Source: an uncultured Chlamydiae bacterium (GTDB lineage Bacteria; Chlamydiota; Chlamydiia; Chlamydiales; JAJFMA01). From it: DNA of 64,000 nucleotides. Positions within the stretch are counted from its first letter, which is position 1. Every line of letters begins with the position of its first letter. The notes beneath the pieces are model-generated. The model was not told the DNA's origin, made no database searches, and saw only the letters and a program-made list of their open reading frames with translations. Shown one piece after another: positions 19,545 through 30,442 of this stretch. The position numbers and the translations under genes are program-made. The DNA lies in NCBI GenBank assembly GCA_963713615.1, contig CAVQMM010000001.1, forward strand, positions 1,920,001-1,984,000, in the 5' to 3' direction.

Positions 19545-20354
19545 TTATGATGCCAGCTTGGCAGCCTCAGCGGCCAGCTCACGAATACGTCGGTCAAATG
19601 TTGCTTCATCGATAAAGCCTGCGGAGTAATCTTTAGCGCCCGTGTATTCCAAGCCTAGGAAATTGATGCCCCAAGGCTTTAAAGCCTGCTCAACATGCTC
19701 GAGATTTTGACGGCTATCGTCGACAAAGATCACCATCTTCGGCTCCCAATCAAGCGCCTCTAAAAACCGTTCCAAGATAACACCCTTATCCATCGCTATG
19801 CCATTAGCATACAAAATGCCTTTTTGAAATGAGGGATAACTCCCTCGATGGCTTGGCAAATCTTCAAAAACACTGCAGGTAAGCTCTGGAAAGGACTGTG
19901 AAAAATCAATACCCATTGTCCTCAGCACCGAATAACGATAGTCTGGAAAATTGCCCACCAAAGGCGATTGCCCATTCCAAGAACCAGTTAATGCAATAGG
20001 GCGGAACCCTCGCTCCGATAGATCCTGAATTAATCGCGGTGTCCCCCCCTCCACAAGCAAGGATGGATAGCGCTGGACAATGAGATTAAGAAAAGCATCT
20101 TGACCTTCATGGGAAAGAGCCTTGTAGACCATACGAAAAGTATTACTAAAGCGTTTCATGTTGGGCATCTGAAACGCTGGTTCTGCCGGGATAGTGAGAA
20201 CGTTATCGACATCGAATATTGCTAGTGTCTGCGGACCCGCCTCATCAAAATAACGACGCACCTCAACCATCGACCTGGCTTGTACTACTGTGCCAGAAGT
20301 CTCACTGGGCACCGCTAAGATAGCGACAAAACACGCTAACAACAAAATAAGCAT
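19545..20354 (-). CDS. DUF2608 HAD-like secreted protein
   Basis: Signal peptide, IFDVDNVL, KG..L..FL, IFVDD...NL. Confidence 0.8.
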   Translation of the reverse strand: MLILLLACFVAILAVPSETSGTVVQARSMVEVRRYFDEAGPQTLAIFDVDNVLTIPAEPAFQMPNMKRFSNTFRMVYKALSHEGQDAFLNLIVQRYPSLLVEGGTPRLIQDLSERGFRPIALTGSWNGQSPLVGNFPDYRYSVLRTMGIDFSQSFPELTCSVFEDLPSHRGSYPSFQKGILYANGIAMDKGVILERFLEALDWEPKMVIFVDDSRQNLEHVEQALKPWGINFLGLEYTGAKDYSAGFIDEATFDRRIRELAAEAAKLAS

Positions 20355-20736
20355 AAAGACCTCCCGGAAAAACGCTATTATAGAGCCGGAGCGCAGTTCC
20401 TGGCAAGAGAGGGGTTTCCTTTAGAAATCGCTCGGACAGTTCCCCTGAAGTCGTCGTGTTGAAGGATTTGTTAGCAGAGGCAATGGGGAAACGGGGACCT
20501 CTCCTGACCCGATATAACGAGTTAGATGTGCAAAAACACGATAAATGGGATACACCTGATATACATGATAAAGGAAAAGAGAATCAGTTTTTCACCACAG
20601 AGAACGCCATCTTCTATCTATAAACTACAATTGCCTACTATATAAGCACTAACTAGATCGACTAATCACTAATTGACATGAAGTCAATCTCTGTATAGTA
20701 TTATCATATTTGCATCAAATATTAGAGAGTAAAACA

Positions 20737-23700
20737 ATGAATTTCCCTGAATCAAACTATAATATAACTATTAACGATAAAAATGATCCTTCTATTGAAT
20801 CTGCTATCAAAAAGATTGAGGAAACTGAAATTAAGGAGGGAGAGTGTTTGAGCGAAGTTTTTTCATCGCATTTTGATGAGGGAGCGTCCACGCTAAGCGC
20901 GGATTTTGAAATACTAGAAACGAATTTTACTGCCCTAGTAGACGCTACGAATACGATCAATGCAGCGCGTGTCAAAAACTCACTGGATTTTGCCACATAT
21001 GAACAAGTGACAAAAATCTCTTACCGCGTTTTTCGAGCGATGTGCTTTCATATATTAATTTTTAAACAACAACTACCCAGCTTTCCTACCGTATTACCAC
21101 TGCAGGAGGCGTTGTGCCGACTCCACACAAAAATAGAACGTGCTGCCACAAGTCTGTTTGCTCTGCAGTCTTTTCACACTTATAAACAGCAAATTGACAA
21201 AGGCCTCACCCAAATGAGTGCCCAACAACAACACCTAAACCTAGACAATCTCAATTATTCGACTGCTCCACTAAATCAGGCATTGTCCGCTATTTCCTTT
21301 TCCGCTCTGATCAAGCACGCGGACAAGGCAAATCTCCAGCGGCTGCATGCCCCTATCTTGCAGAGTATAGAACAATTTAGAACTGCACTACCACAGCATG
21401 GTCAGGAATATCGATCAGCCCTTTATGCTGATCTCAGGGAAGCTTCCGCTCAAAGCGCTCTAGCAGCCAAGAACTTTCAAAATACTCCATCCAATTCCTA
21501 CAAGGATCTATCCATAGAACAACAGTATTGGAATCACCTCTGTGCTGAACATCAGTCCTATATAGAGACCCTTCAATCCGGAATAGATGGCATCGCAAAA
21601 ATAACGAAATCTCTAAAAAATGAAAATCATTCCACCTCTGTCAAGCTGCTTCGCGTATACACCCTATTATTAAAACAGCTGGAACAGGAGCTACAACAAG
21701 CGTTTAGCATGGAGACATGGATTGAAGAGCATGGCAATGCGATGCTTGAAAGAATGGATCGAATCAACCAACGCATTACGGAAAGTTCAATTGCATTTAA
21801 ACATGAACTTGTTCAACCAATTATTGATAGTTCCTATAAATTAAATAGTCGCAATCTGCAAAACCCACAGGCGGTTAATAGTTACTCCTGTTTGTTGCAA
21901 CTTCGTTCTCTTCAGAGTATCCTGCCTACGAATGCATTCCAAGTTAACAGCACCATTGAAGAAATCGGCTCCTTGCATCAGTCTGATGAAGAGATGTTAC
22001 ATTTGTGTGTACTCATGCAACACCGAAAGCACCTGCCCCCAGTAACAAGCTCTAAAAAAATGAGAAGAGAGGCTAGCACCTTCAGATCGATTCTAGACAA
22101 GCTTGAAGCACAAGGTGATAAAAAACTTGAAAAACTAGGTGCACAAACAGACTCTCTTGAAAACCTATCACACGATTACTCCGTTCAGGCCATTGAAAGC
22201 GTCTTTGAATACATTGATCGGCTGTTCAATCTCTCCAAAAGCTACCAAGCAGACAAATATTCCTCCTCTCTTAAGAAGAAAGCTGCTCAAGAAATCGCTT
22301 ATGAACTCGATACCGCAATTGGATATGTAGAAGAATTCTATGATGCTCTCCACCATGCCCTCAGCGCGGAGATCCTTGCTGGTTATGATGAAGGAAATAA
22401 GGTCAGTGTTAAGAGATGGGGTGCCATACGCCGACACACTCATTTCCTAAAAGATAACTTTTCAGATCTTTCTATCAAATTTCAAAAAGATTCAAATGAA
22501 ATAAAAAAACTTGGAAACCTCCATAATAGTTACAACACCCTGCTTATTTTAAATAAAGACATTATCAACAACATTGACATTCTATTAAAACAACCGATTG
22601 GAAAAAAAATCGTTAAACAGCATCTCCCTGTTAACAGTTCCAAGTTGTTCGAAAACTGGCCTGCTTCCGAAAACCGTGGACGAGTCGCCGCTAAACAGAA
22701 GCTGCTCGCTGCTGAAGAAGGCGCCAATGATGCGAAGAAGCAAGCGATGGGTTTGGCCTTGCTAGGCTTAATAGGTGTTTCTTGGGTAAGCGAGGGCGTA
22801 AATTTAGGTAACCAGGCTCAAGCATTACGCAGATCAGCCGCCCTTGCATCTAATGAACTTCAGAAAAGGGTTCCGCAATCCGTTAAAGATGACGCTAGTT
22901 TTATTGGGACAATGTTGAAAGACAAACTCAAAGACTTGCGTTCTTACAACGACGCTCAGTTTGAAAAAATCACTAAAAGACACCCCGAAACACGTCCCAC
23001 TCTAGAACCCTTTCGGCATTCATCTGGTCCACTCACAGTAGATATTCAGTCTGTGATGCAAAACCATATCATGCAAAGGGCTATTGTGAGTGAGCAGCGC
23101 TCTCTCTCCATTGAGGAGTGGTTGAATGACTTCTTTACCGACCAACACGCACCTGACTTAGAACCCTATCCAGTATCCGCGCGATGGAGAGAAGATCTTC
23201 AAACCGAAATTAGTAAAATCGAATCTTCAGGAGCCCCTGTGGAATTAAAGAACCTCTCGCATGAAGGGCTTATGGCAGAATTGGGACAAGCAATCGCGCT
23301 TGGGTCTCAAGAGCTCTTTTTGGAACTAGTCAATCACGGGGTCCCTCTGAACATCCCCTTTGTAGGGACGGAGATCACCCCTTTGCAAGTGGCCCTAGAG
23401 AGCCAACACTCTGATCCAATCATTGTAAATAGACTACTTGAAGATACTGTAAGCTATCCTAGCACAAAATCTAGCCTCAAAGGGCTCATCGCCTTGGTGG
23501 AAAAGACGGGTGATCATCAGCACCTATCCAACGCAGTTAGTCGTGGCCTAGATATCACAAAACAACTGAGTGGTGCGGATGAAAGCCCAGTTGAACTTAT
23601 GCTCATACTGGGAGGGCAAACCACCTATGAATGGCTTGTGAACTATCTAGAAGGCGCTGATACTACTAGTCATCAATGGATTGTCGATACGGCGGCTAAA

Positions 23701-25839
23701 TTATTAAATAGCGACTTTCTTCAGCAATATTCAGCTGCAGGATTCTCCTTCAATGAAGACATGGAGGAAACCTTATCTGCCAGTCTCTCCAATGCGAAAA
23801 GTCTCCAAAGCACCTCCCCACTAACCGGCGAGAGCAGGCTTTTTAAGGCCATCTTATCCGGCGATGTTGAAGTCGCTACCAGCTTAATCGAACGTGGAGC
23901 AAACCCCAAAGCTCTCTCCTTGGCTGGGGAAACCATGCTTCATGCTTTTGCAAAAGGAGCTAATACCTCCAAATCTCTTTTGGAGAAAATCCTGAAAACA
24001 GGTGTCGATATCAATGCTAAGAACTCTTCTCTGCAAGATACTGCCCTACACATCGTTTTAAAAGCGGGCAATCTCAGGATTGCAAAAATGCTTATTGAGG
24101 CAGGTGCTAGCGTCGTCGAGGTCAATCAAGACAAGAAAAGCCCACTTCACCTTCTCTATAGTTGTACGAAATGCCTGGACTCTCCAGCTTTTGAAAATAT
24201 TCAAGAGGCCATTCTAAAGGGAATAGATGAAGCCGATGGACAGATTCCTGCCACGGGTGAAACACCTTGGCATATTATTTACAAAACAGGTTTCGATCAT
24301 GAAAAACTTCATATCAGCGTAAAAGATACTCTGCCCAAATATATCAATAGCGTCGATAAGCAAGGGAATACTCTTATTCATGCAGCCGCTGAATATACGT
24401 CCATCGACAGTAGAGACCTTGGTAAATCTTTAGACAGATTTTACGCTTTGATAATTAATTCCTACGACGACTTACCACTCAAATCCCTTATTATCGAAAA
24501 AACAAATGCCGAAGGTGATAATTTTTTACACGTCTTAGCGCATAACCCAGACATGTGGAGAATGTACATGTATTTTGAAATTTTCTTGTCTGAGACGCTG
24601 CTAACAACGAAAAATCATCGAGGTCAAGTACCCATGGACCTAAGACAAAGTGAGTTAAATGTCTCGGAAATAGTTAATTCCCTAATAGATTTTTTCACCC
24701 CAGGTACCTACAGGAATCTAAAGCGACAATTAATGATCCCGTCCGATTTAGTTGAGCTCGCCTATGCCTGGGAAATAGGTGGACAAACTCAAGTCAATCA
24801 CTATCCAGTCACACTATCCAATTATCCCTACGGTGAACTTCGAGACATGCTTCAGCGGTCCATTCATTCCATGCAAAACTCCTTCCCCAATCTGATGACA
24901 CCTCATCAAGTGAATCTGTGGAATACGATCCTTCAAGATAACTTTGTGGCTGACCTTCCGGCATACACTATATGGAATATTAAGCGTGGAAAAACCGAGA
25001 GCTTGCTCGTTAACCTTACATCTAATCTATTTAAGATTGTTTTTCATCGTGGATATTTAATCGTGTTTGATATTGCTAACATTAATAATAAGGCCATTCA
25101 GGCGTATAAAGTTGATGTAGGAATGGTAAGAGAAGACCTTTTCACCGGATTGGCAAATGAGAATTTCAAAGACGGCTATGACGCCGAATTGCAAAGAATC
25201 ATTGATCAACTTGATGGATACAGAGATAACATCTCCACTATTCTTGAGAATTTTTCCCCACACAAAAAATATGAACCCAATACCAATACCTACGAAGGCG
25301 TTGAACTTGCCTTATATGGAACCCTCGCACTAGATGAGTTGATTGACTCAGGCGCGGATTTCTCCTCAAAAATGTTCGCGATAGCATCTAGTGTTGAAAT
25401 CTTTCAAGCCCTTTTAGGTCAGGTTCGCTTAGATGCATTGGAAACGTACTTGACGGGGTTCTCGGACGCTCCTAGCACCCAGCTTTCCATCGCTCACGAT
25501 GTGATTAAAAGACTCTGCAACAAGGAGCTTCAGGAGCTAAGAAGTCGCGATGAGGAGCAACTATTGGTGAAGGAAGAGGGCACAGACCCCATTTTAAATC
25601 CAATACAGGCTAAGCAACTATACAGCGATCTCTACCATTGCCGCTATGTCATGGGAAAGACAAACGTTGAGGTTCAAAAATGCCTAGCCAATGGATTCTC
25701 TATGCCGGCTTGGCGTGAAAAAATGGAAGAGCGCCTTGGTGAACTGAAGGGTAAATATAGTCGTATGTACGCCATGGACCCTCAGCAGCTGTCGATCACC
25801 AATGCGGCCCAAAGTAGAGGATTTAATCGCCCTATCTAG
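20737..25839 (+). CDS. Large ankyrin-repeat protein, putative secreted effector
   Basis: ~1700 aa; GETMLH, DTALH, KSPLH, GNTLIH, GDNFLH repeats; helical N-terminal half and one hydrophobic segment. Confidence 0.8.
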   Translation: MNFPESNYNITINDKNDPSIESAIKKIEETEIKEGECLSEVFSSHFDEGASTLSADFEILETNFTALVDATNTINAARVKNSLDFATYEQVTKISYRVFRAMCFHILIFKQQLPSFPTVLPLQEALCRLHTKIERAATSLFALQSFHTYKQQIDKGLTQMSAQQQHLNLDNLNYSTAPLNQALSAISFSALIKHADKANLQRLHAPILQSIEQFRTALPQHGQEYRSALYADLREASAQSALAAKNFQNTPSNSYKDLSIEQQYWNHLCAEHQSYIETLQSGIDGIAKITKSLKNENHSTSVKLLRVYTLLLKQLEQELQQAFSMETWIEEHGNAMLERMDRINQRITESSIAFKHELVQPIIDSSYKLNSRNLQNPQAVNSYSCLLQLRSLQSILPTNAFQVNSTIEEIGSLHQSDEEMLHLCVLMQHRKHLPPVTSSKKMRREASTFRSILDKLEAQGDKKLEKLGAQTDSLENLSHDYSVQAIESVFEYIDRLFNLSKSYQADKYSSSLKKKAAQEIAYELDTAIGYVEEFYDALHHALSAEILAGYDEGNKVSVKRWGAIRRHTHFLKDNFSDLSIKFQKDSNEIKKLGNLHNSYNTLLILNKDIINNIDILLKQPIGKKIVKQHLPVNSSKLFENWPASENRGRVAAKQKLLAAEEGANDAKKQAMGLALLGLIGVSWVSEGVNLGNQAQALRRSAALASNELQKRVPQSVKDDASFIGTMLKDKLKDLRSYNDAQFEKITKRHPETRPTLEPFRHSSGPLTVDIQSVMQNHIMQRAIVSEQRSLSIEEWLNDFFTDQHAPDLEPYPVSARWREDLQTEISKIESSGAPVELKNLSHEGLMAELGQAIALGSQELFLELVNHGVPLNIPFVGTEITPLQVALESQHSDPIIVNRLLEDTVSYPSTKSSLKGLIALVEKTGDHQHLSNAVSRGLDITKQLSGADESPVELMLILGGQTTYEWLVNYLEGADTTSHQWIVDTAAKLLNSDFLQQYSAAGFSFNEDMEETLSASLSNAKSLQSTSPLTGESRLFKAILSGDVEVATSLIERGANPKALSLAGETMLHAFAKGANTSKSLLEKILKTGVDINAKNSSLQDTALHIVLKAGNLRIAKMLIEAGASVVEVNQDKKSPLHLLYSCTKCLDSPAFENIQEAILKGIDEADGQIPATGETPWHIIYKTGFDHEKLHISVKDTLPKYINSVDKQGNTLIHAAAEYTSIDSRDLGKSLDRFYALIINSYDDLPLKSLIIEKTNAEGDNFLHVLAHNPDMWRMYMYFEIFLSETLLTTKNHRGQVPMDLRQSELNVSEIVNSLIDFFTPGTYRNLKRQLMIPSDLVELAYAWEIGGQTQVNHYPVTLSNYPYGELRDMLQRSIHSMQNSFPNLMTPHQVNLWNTILQDNFVADLPAYTIWNIKRGKTESLLVNLTSNLFKIVFHRGYLIVFDIANINNKAIQAYKVDVGMVREDLFTGLANENFKDGYDAELQRIIDQLDGYRDNISTILENFSPHKKYEPNTNTYEGVELALYGTLALDELIDSGADFSSKMFAIASSVEIFQALLGQVRLDALETYLTGFSDAPSTQLSIAHDVIKRLCNKELQELRSRDEEQLLVKEEGTDPILNPIQAKQLYSDLYHCRYVMGKTNVEVQKCLANGFSMPAWREKMEERLGELKGKYSRMYAMDPQQLSITNAAQSRGFNRPI

Positions 25840-25855
25840 AAGTCCGCTCTTTTTT

Positions 25856-26212
25856 GGTTCTTGTGAAGAATTGGGGCGAGGCGTTCGTGGGGGTTTTTAG
25901 GATTTTTACCGCCGAGGCGCCGAGACACCGAGAGAGGAGAGAATGTTCAGGTCCTCAAAAAAGTTAGATTGAGCACCTGTGCCGTTTGTGTGTCCTTGGG
26001 CAAAATGCTGTCTAAGGGCTTTACCAAAACGCTAACCCCTCAAGAGGCCCTTGGGCAGAATTTTGCCCAAGGACACACAAACGGCACATTCTCTCCTAAT
26101 CCTCTCTCTCCTATCTCGGCGCCTCGGCGGTGAAAATCCTAAAAAAGCCCCACGAACTTCTACGTGCCTCGGCGGTAAAAATCCTAAAAACCCCCAATTC
26201 TTCACAAGAACG
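25856..26212. mobile_element. MITE with gttcttgtgaagaattgggg IRs and 8-bp TSD tctttttt, containing nested palindromes
   Basis: IRs at both ends; direct repeat at 25848-25855 and 26213-26220; inner modules shared with 61.2-61.6 kb. Confidence 0.75.
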
Positions 26213-26293
26213 TCTTTTTTCTTCCCCCTCAGTCCGTCATGATTTATAACTCGGATTTATCCACAACGTCCTTAAAATCGGCTTGCTCTGTAT

Positions 26294-27574
26294 ATGGGAT
26301 ATCCAAAGCTCGTGATCATTGGAGGAGGATTCGGCGGTCTCAAGGTCGCCAAAACCCTTCAGCACGCACCCTTAGATATATATTTAGTGGATAAATCCAA
26401 CCATCACCTTTTTCAACCGTTACTGTATCAGGTGGCTACCGCGGCCTTATCCCCTCGTGATATCGCTGCACCAATCAGGGAAATTCTAAAGAAGCAAGCG
26501 AATACAACGGTCATCATGAACGAAGTGGTGTCGATAGACAAAGATGCCCGAGTGATTCACATGGCCAATGGATCACATCTAGATTTTGACTATCTTGTTA
26601 TAAGCGTAGGTACCAGCCACGGGTACTTCGGCCACACCGATTGGGAGTCACTTGCACCCGGACTAAAAACACTTCCCGACGCCTTGCTGATTCGTAAAAA
26701 GATCCTCCTCACCTATGAACATGCCGAAATATGCGATAGCATTTCCGAATCACAGGCCCTGTTAAACTTTGTCGTGGTGGGTGGAGGTCCAACAGGAGTG
26801 GAGCTAGCAGGTGCTATTGCTGAAATCGCCCACAAGACCATGCTGAAAAATTTTCGTAATATAGACCCCACCAAAACACAGGTCTTTTTAGTTGAGGCTG
26901 CAGCAAACCTCCTACCCTCTTATCCCAGTGACCTAAGCCAAAAAGCCCACAAGATGCTGGAAAGCATGGGCGTCAAAGTCCTTTGCAATACCAAAGTTGT
27001 CGACATCAAGGAGGACCGCGTAGAGCTAGATAATGGCGTCATTCGCAGTCCAAATGTTTTTTGGGCCGCAGGCAACCAGGCCCCAGCACTTTTGCGTACA
27101 CTGAATACACCTCTTGATCGGCAAGGACGCGCTATCGTCGAGAAAGATCTCTCTATTCCTGGATACCCTAATCTATTCGTTATTGGCGATTCTGCCTGCT
27201 GCCGTAACGAACAAGGCCAAGCACTTCCAGGTGTGGCTTCAGTAGCCATTCAACAAGGCGGCTATATCGCCAAGATCCTTGCAAAACGAACCCCAGCCGA
27301 CAAACGTAAGCCCTTTCATTATTTTGATAAGGGCTCTATGGCAACGATTGGTAAGGCAAAAGCTGTCGCCATGATGGGGAAATGGCATTTTTCCGGCTTT
27401 CTGGCATGGCTCATCTGGTGCTTCATCCACATCATTTACCTAATAGGCTTCCGCAACCGTACCCTGGTCATGATGCAATGGTCATGGTGGTATATGACCG
27501 GACAGCGAGGCTCGCGTTTAATCTACGATAGTGACAGCACATCTACCGCGCCGCAAAAACACTCAGACGATTAA
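26294..27574 (+). CDS. ndh: Type II NADH dehydrogenase
   Basis: GGGFGG, HLFQPLLYQVATA, GGGPTGVELAGA, YFDKGSMATIG. Confidence 0.92.
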   Translation: MGYPKLVIIGGGFGGLKVAKTLQHAPLDIYLVDKSNHHLFQPLLYQVATAALSPRDIAAPIREILKKQANTTVIMNEVVSIDKDARVIHMANGSHLDFDYLVISVGTSHGYFGHTDWESLAPGLKTLPDALLIRKKILLTYEHAEICDSISESQALLNFVVVGGGPTGVELAGAIAEIAHKTMLKNFRNIDPTKTQVFLVEAAANLLPSYPSDLSQKAHKMLESMGVKVLCNTKVVDIKEDRVELDNGVIRSPNVFWAAGNQAPALLRTLNTPLDRQGRAIVEKDLSIPGYPNLFVIGDSACCRNEQGQALPGVASVAIQQGGYIAKILAKRTPADKRKPFHYFDKGSMATIGKAKAVAMMGKWHFSGFLAWLIWCFIHIIYLIGFRNRTLVMMQWSWWYMTGQRGSRLIYDSDSTSTAPQKHSDD

Positions 27575-29030
27575 GAAGACGCCCTAGCACCTGGGGCATC
27601 AGCCTTACGACATCAAACGGCCCCATGCGGCGCAAAGCCTCTTGATGCGTTACAAGGCGATTTTCTAGAAAAAACAGTTTGTGATAGGACTCCAAGAGAA
27701 CGACTTCCTCTGGCATGTATCCCTCAACAGACTCCGGAGAGCTATCAAGAACTTTCTTCCACGCTTCTGGATCTCCGGGTTCTGCTCTATAAGCCTGCGA
27801 GAAGGCCTGAAGCATCATGAAGTCAAAATCTAGTGGGGTCGAGAGGAAGATGCCAAATCGTTCAAGCAACGCTAGCCAAGTATGCATCCCCGCAACAGGA
27901 GAGTCCCAATGTGGCAAAGCCGCGATCTCCTGCTCAGTGATATCTCCTAGTTTGCCCCCTTGAATAGCCAACATCTTGCGAAGAAGGTACTTCACTTGGT
28001 GCCATCCCCCTTCGCGTCGCCCAAGTTCCAAATCCAACAAAGCCACGCAGGGCATTCTTAAACGCCCCAGAAACACCCAAGAATCGCTGAAGGTAGTGTC
28101 ATGCCCCAGCTCCCAGACATATACCAACTTCTTAAGGTGACCATAAAATTGCAGAAAATGAGTCATCAGCAATTTCTCGCAAGCTCCCTGAACTAAAACG
28201 GCCACTTTGGCAGACTTAAACGCTGGGCTAGAGGTGATGCGTTCCGCCGCCGACAAGGTTAAATTAAGCCCGAAAAGAAACTGTGGAGTAATCTTTTCCA
28301 GATGCAGCAAACGCGGCTGGGTCTGTTCAATAATGGGTACACGATCGTTGTCGTTATCGCGAGGACGTGTTTGGTCCTCGTCTTCTGTCTCTCTTGTCAG
28401 CCCCAGACCCAAACGCTCTTTTTCCTCAACTTTCTCCTTCTCTTCAGGTTTTTCAATAGGACCTTTATCGGGAATCTTTTGATCATCAAGCTTATAACGG
28501 CGATCTGGCAACATACCTAAAGCCGAAGGCAACGGAGGCTTTTCGGGCTCTTCGCTCTTCAAAGGTTCACGGCGTGCAAAGACATCGCTGATGCGTTCTT
28601 TGAGTTCTTTCAATGAGTAGGTATGAGTATTTTCAGAAAATTCCTTCACAACTCTATCTAAAGGAGCATTCTCTTGGGCGGCCTGAGGTTTGCCTCCCGT
28701 ATCGGGACGTGGCCCCGCCTGGGCGGACTCGGGTTTAAAGCCCTTGGGGATGAAATCCTTGCCCACCACAACTTCACCTTCGGGGGATTTTTGAGGCTTT
28801 GGGAAGGGATCAGCCCCTTCTGAACGAGAGGGCCCTTTAACAAGGTTTCGCACCACATGCTTTCCCGGAATTTTGACAATAATTGCCTGTGCTAACGCTA
28901 CCCAAGTGTTCTCTTGAGGAGTCGGCGACGTCTGACCACCAGGCGGAGAAGGCGGCCCGGGAGGCGACTGAGGGGCTACTGGCCCGACAACTGGGGGACT
29001 AGAACCAACAGGGATTGGGGGCAGATCCAT
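27543..29030 (-). CDS. Pro-rich N-terminus plus degenerate OLD-family Toprim-like C-terminal domain
   Basis: VLVQG..E, ALLDLELGRREGGW..VKY, F.STPLDFDF.ML.AF..AY resemble OLD-endonuclease C-termini (recognised by eye). Confidence 0.6.
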   Translation of the reverse strand: MDLPPIPVGSSPPVVGPVAPQSPPGPPSPPGGQTSPTPQENTWVALAQAIIVKIPGKHVVRNLVKGPSRSEGADPFPKPQKSPEGEVVVGKDFIPKGFKPESAQAGPRPDTGGKPQAAQENAPLDRVVKEFSENTHTYSLKELKERISDVFARREPLKSEEPEKPPLPSALGMLPDRRYKLDDQKIPDKGPIEKPEEKEKVEEKERLGLGLTRETEDEDQTRPRDNDNDRVPIIEQTQPRLLHLEKITPQFLFGLNLTLSAAERITSSPAFKSAKVAVLVQGACEKLLMTHFLQFYGHLKKLVYVWELGHDTTFSDSWVFLGRLRMPCVALLDLELGRREGGWHQVKYLLRKMLAIQGGKLGDITEQEIAALPHWDSPVAGMHTWLALLERFGIFLSTPLDFDFMMLQAFSQAYRAEPGDPEAWKKVLDSSPESVEGYMPEEVVLLESYHKLFFLENRLVTHQEALRRMGPFDVVRLMPQVLGRLLNRLSVFAAR

Positions 29031-29149
29031 AAAATAATACCTTGTTTACTTAAGTATAACGCAAAAAAGATGTGTCTTGCACCACCTTTGAAAATGCGCT
29101 ATCGTGCTTCTAAGGTATAAATGCTAATTTTCAGAGAAGGAAAAACATC

Positions 29150-29545
29150 ATGACAACACCCTCTATCGATCTCATTTGGATTTCTGTAGCAGATCTCCAA
29201 AAAGCCGTAAAATTCTATTCTGAAGTCGTCGGCCTCAAAGTGTTGGAAATGCACGAAGACGAGCATATGGGCTGGGCGGAACTCGGTAATGCCAAAGGCG
29301 GCGGCGCGCTCCTGGGCATCGCTCGCCACGGTCACCATTCCCCAGTTCCTGCTGGCGGCAATGCTGTCATCACCCTCACAGTTCCTGACCTCGACCTAGC
29401 CTCCAGTGACATGAAGAAAAAAGGCGCTAAAATCGTTGGCGAGGTCCAGGAAGTTCCAGGACATGTCAAGATGCAACTCTTCATAGACCAAGACGGAAAC
29501 CACTGTCAGTTGGTTCAAAACCTAGGTGCTAAGCCAATCTCATAA
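29150..29545 (+). CDS. VOC/glyoxalase family protein
   Basis: V.DLQKAVKFYSEVVGL, F.DQDGN..QL. Confidence 0.9.
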   Translation: MTTPSIDLIWISVADLQKAVKFYSEVVGLKVLEMHEDEHMGWAELGNAKGGGALLGIARHGHHSPVPAGGNAVITLTVPDLDLASSDMKKKGAKIVGEVQEVPGHVKMQLFIDQDGNHCQLVQNLGAKPIS

Positions 29546-29632
29546 TCGTCTATCGGCGCGCAGCGCTTTGGAATGCGGTCGCTTGCGACCGCTTTTGGGT
29601 AACTCAAAAGGTTGGCTGGCGCAATTTCCTCT

Positions 29633-29780
29633 GTGGCGCAGTCATTCCATGTCATTCCATGACTGCGAGAACGGTTGAAACAGATTCCGTTTGCATAACA
29701 TGAGACGTTTGTTTTGCACGTCTCCACAATTGCAACGGATTGGTCCGCAGTCATGGAATGACATGGAATGACTGCGCCAC
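29633..29780. repeat. REP doublet (GTGG-cgcagtca family) with a 10-bp internal duplication
   Basis: gtcattccat duplicated in both arms. Confidence 0.85.
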
Positions 29781-29909
29781 AGAGGAAACCTTGTTACTTT
29801 CGGATATTGGCGACGCAGTCGGTTGGGGCTCCAAAGCGCTGCGTGCCGAGATACGATTGTGAGGGGGCGTGCTTCAGCCGGCACACTGATGTGTGCCGGC
29901 TAGTACAGT

Positions 29910-30341
29910 CTAATGCTGGTGCTGAAAATGGTGCCACTGAAAGCTTACCCCAGGGTTACTGGGATAGTAGTAATACGTCCCATCGCCAGCCACATATGAC
30001 CCGTCATTATAGTAGTATTGCTGTGTATCAGGGTCCCAATACGTATAACCTTGGTAGGAACCATCCCCATCATAATAGTCATAAGGTGCTGTATAAAAGG
30101 CGACATCGCTATCGTGATGCCATCCTCCTCCATATCCCCCATGACCTCCTCCTCCATACCAACCGCCGCCACCTCCATGACCTCCTCCTCCATACCAACC
30201 GCCGCCACCTCCATGACCTCCTCCTCCACCGCCACCTCCATGATGATCAGCGTAAAGGGCTTGTGGAAGTGAAAAGCCTAATAGAAACCAAGTCAGGATG
30301 ATCGCCCCAGGAATTAATCGTCTGATATAACCAGGGTACAT
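29910..30341 (-). CDS. Gly/Tyr-rich secreted small protein
   Basis: Hydrophobic N-terminus, GGGGHGGGGGWY repeats, Tyr-rich tail, RBS-like aagggg upstream. Confidence 0.7.
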   Translation of the reverse strand: MYPGYIRRLIPGAIILTWFLLGFSLPQALYADHHGGGGGGGGHGGGGGWYGGGGHGGGGGWYGGGGHGGYGGGWHHDSDVAFYTAPYDYYDGDGSYQGYTYWDPDTQQYYYNDGSYVAGDGTYYYYPSNPGVSFQWHHFQHQH

Positions 30342-30442
30342 AACTGCCCCCTTCCTATCAAATAGGATGTCAGGTGAATGGCCCCGTAGGAGCCACTCGC
30401 CCTCTAACCTGACTATATTCCTGCATGACCATTAGAGTCAAA

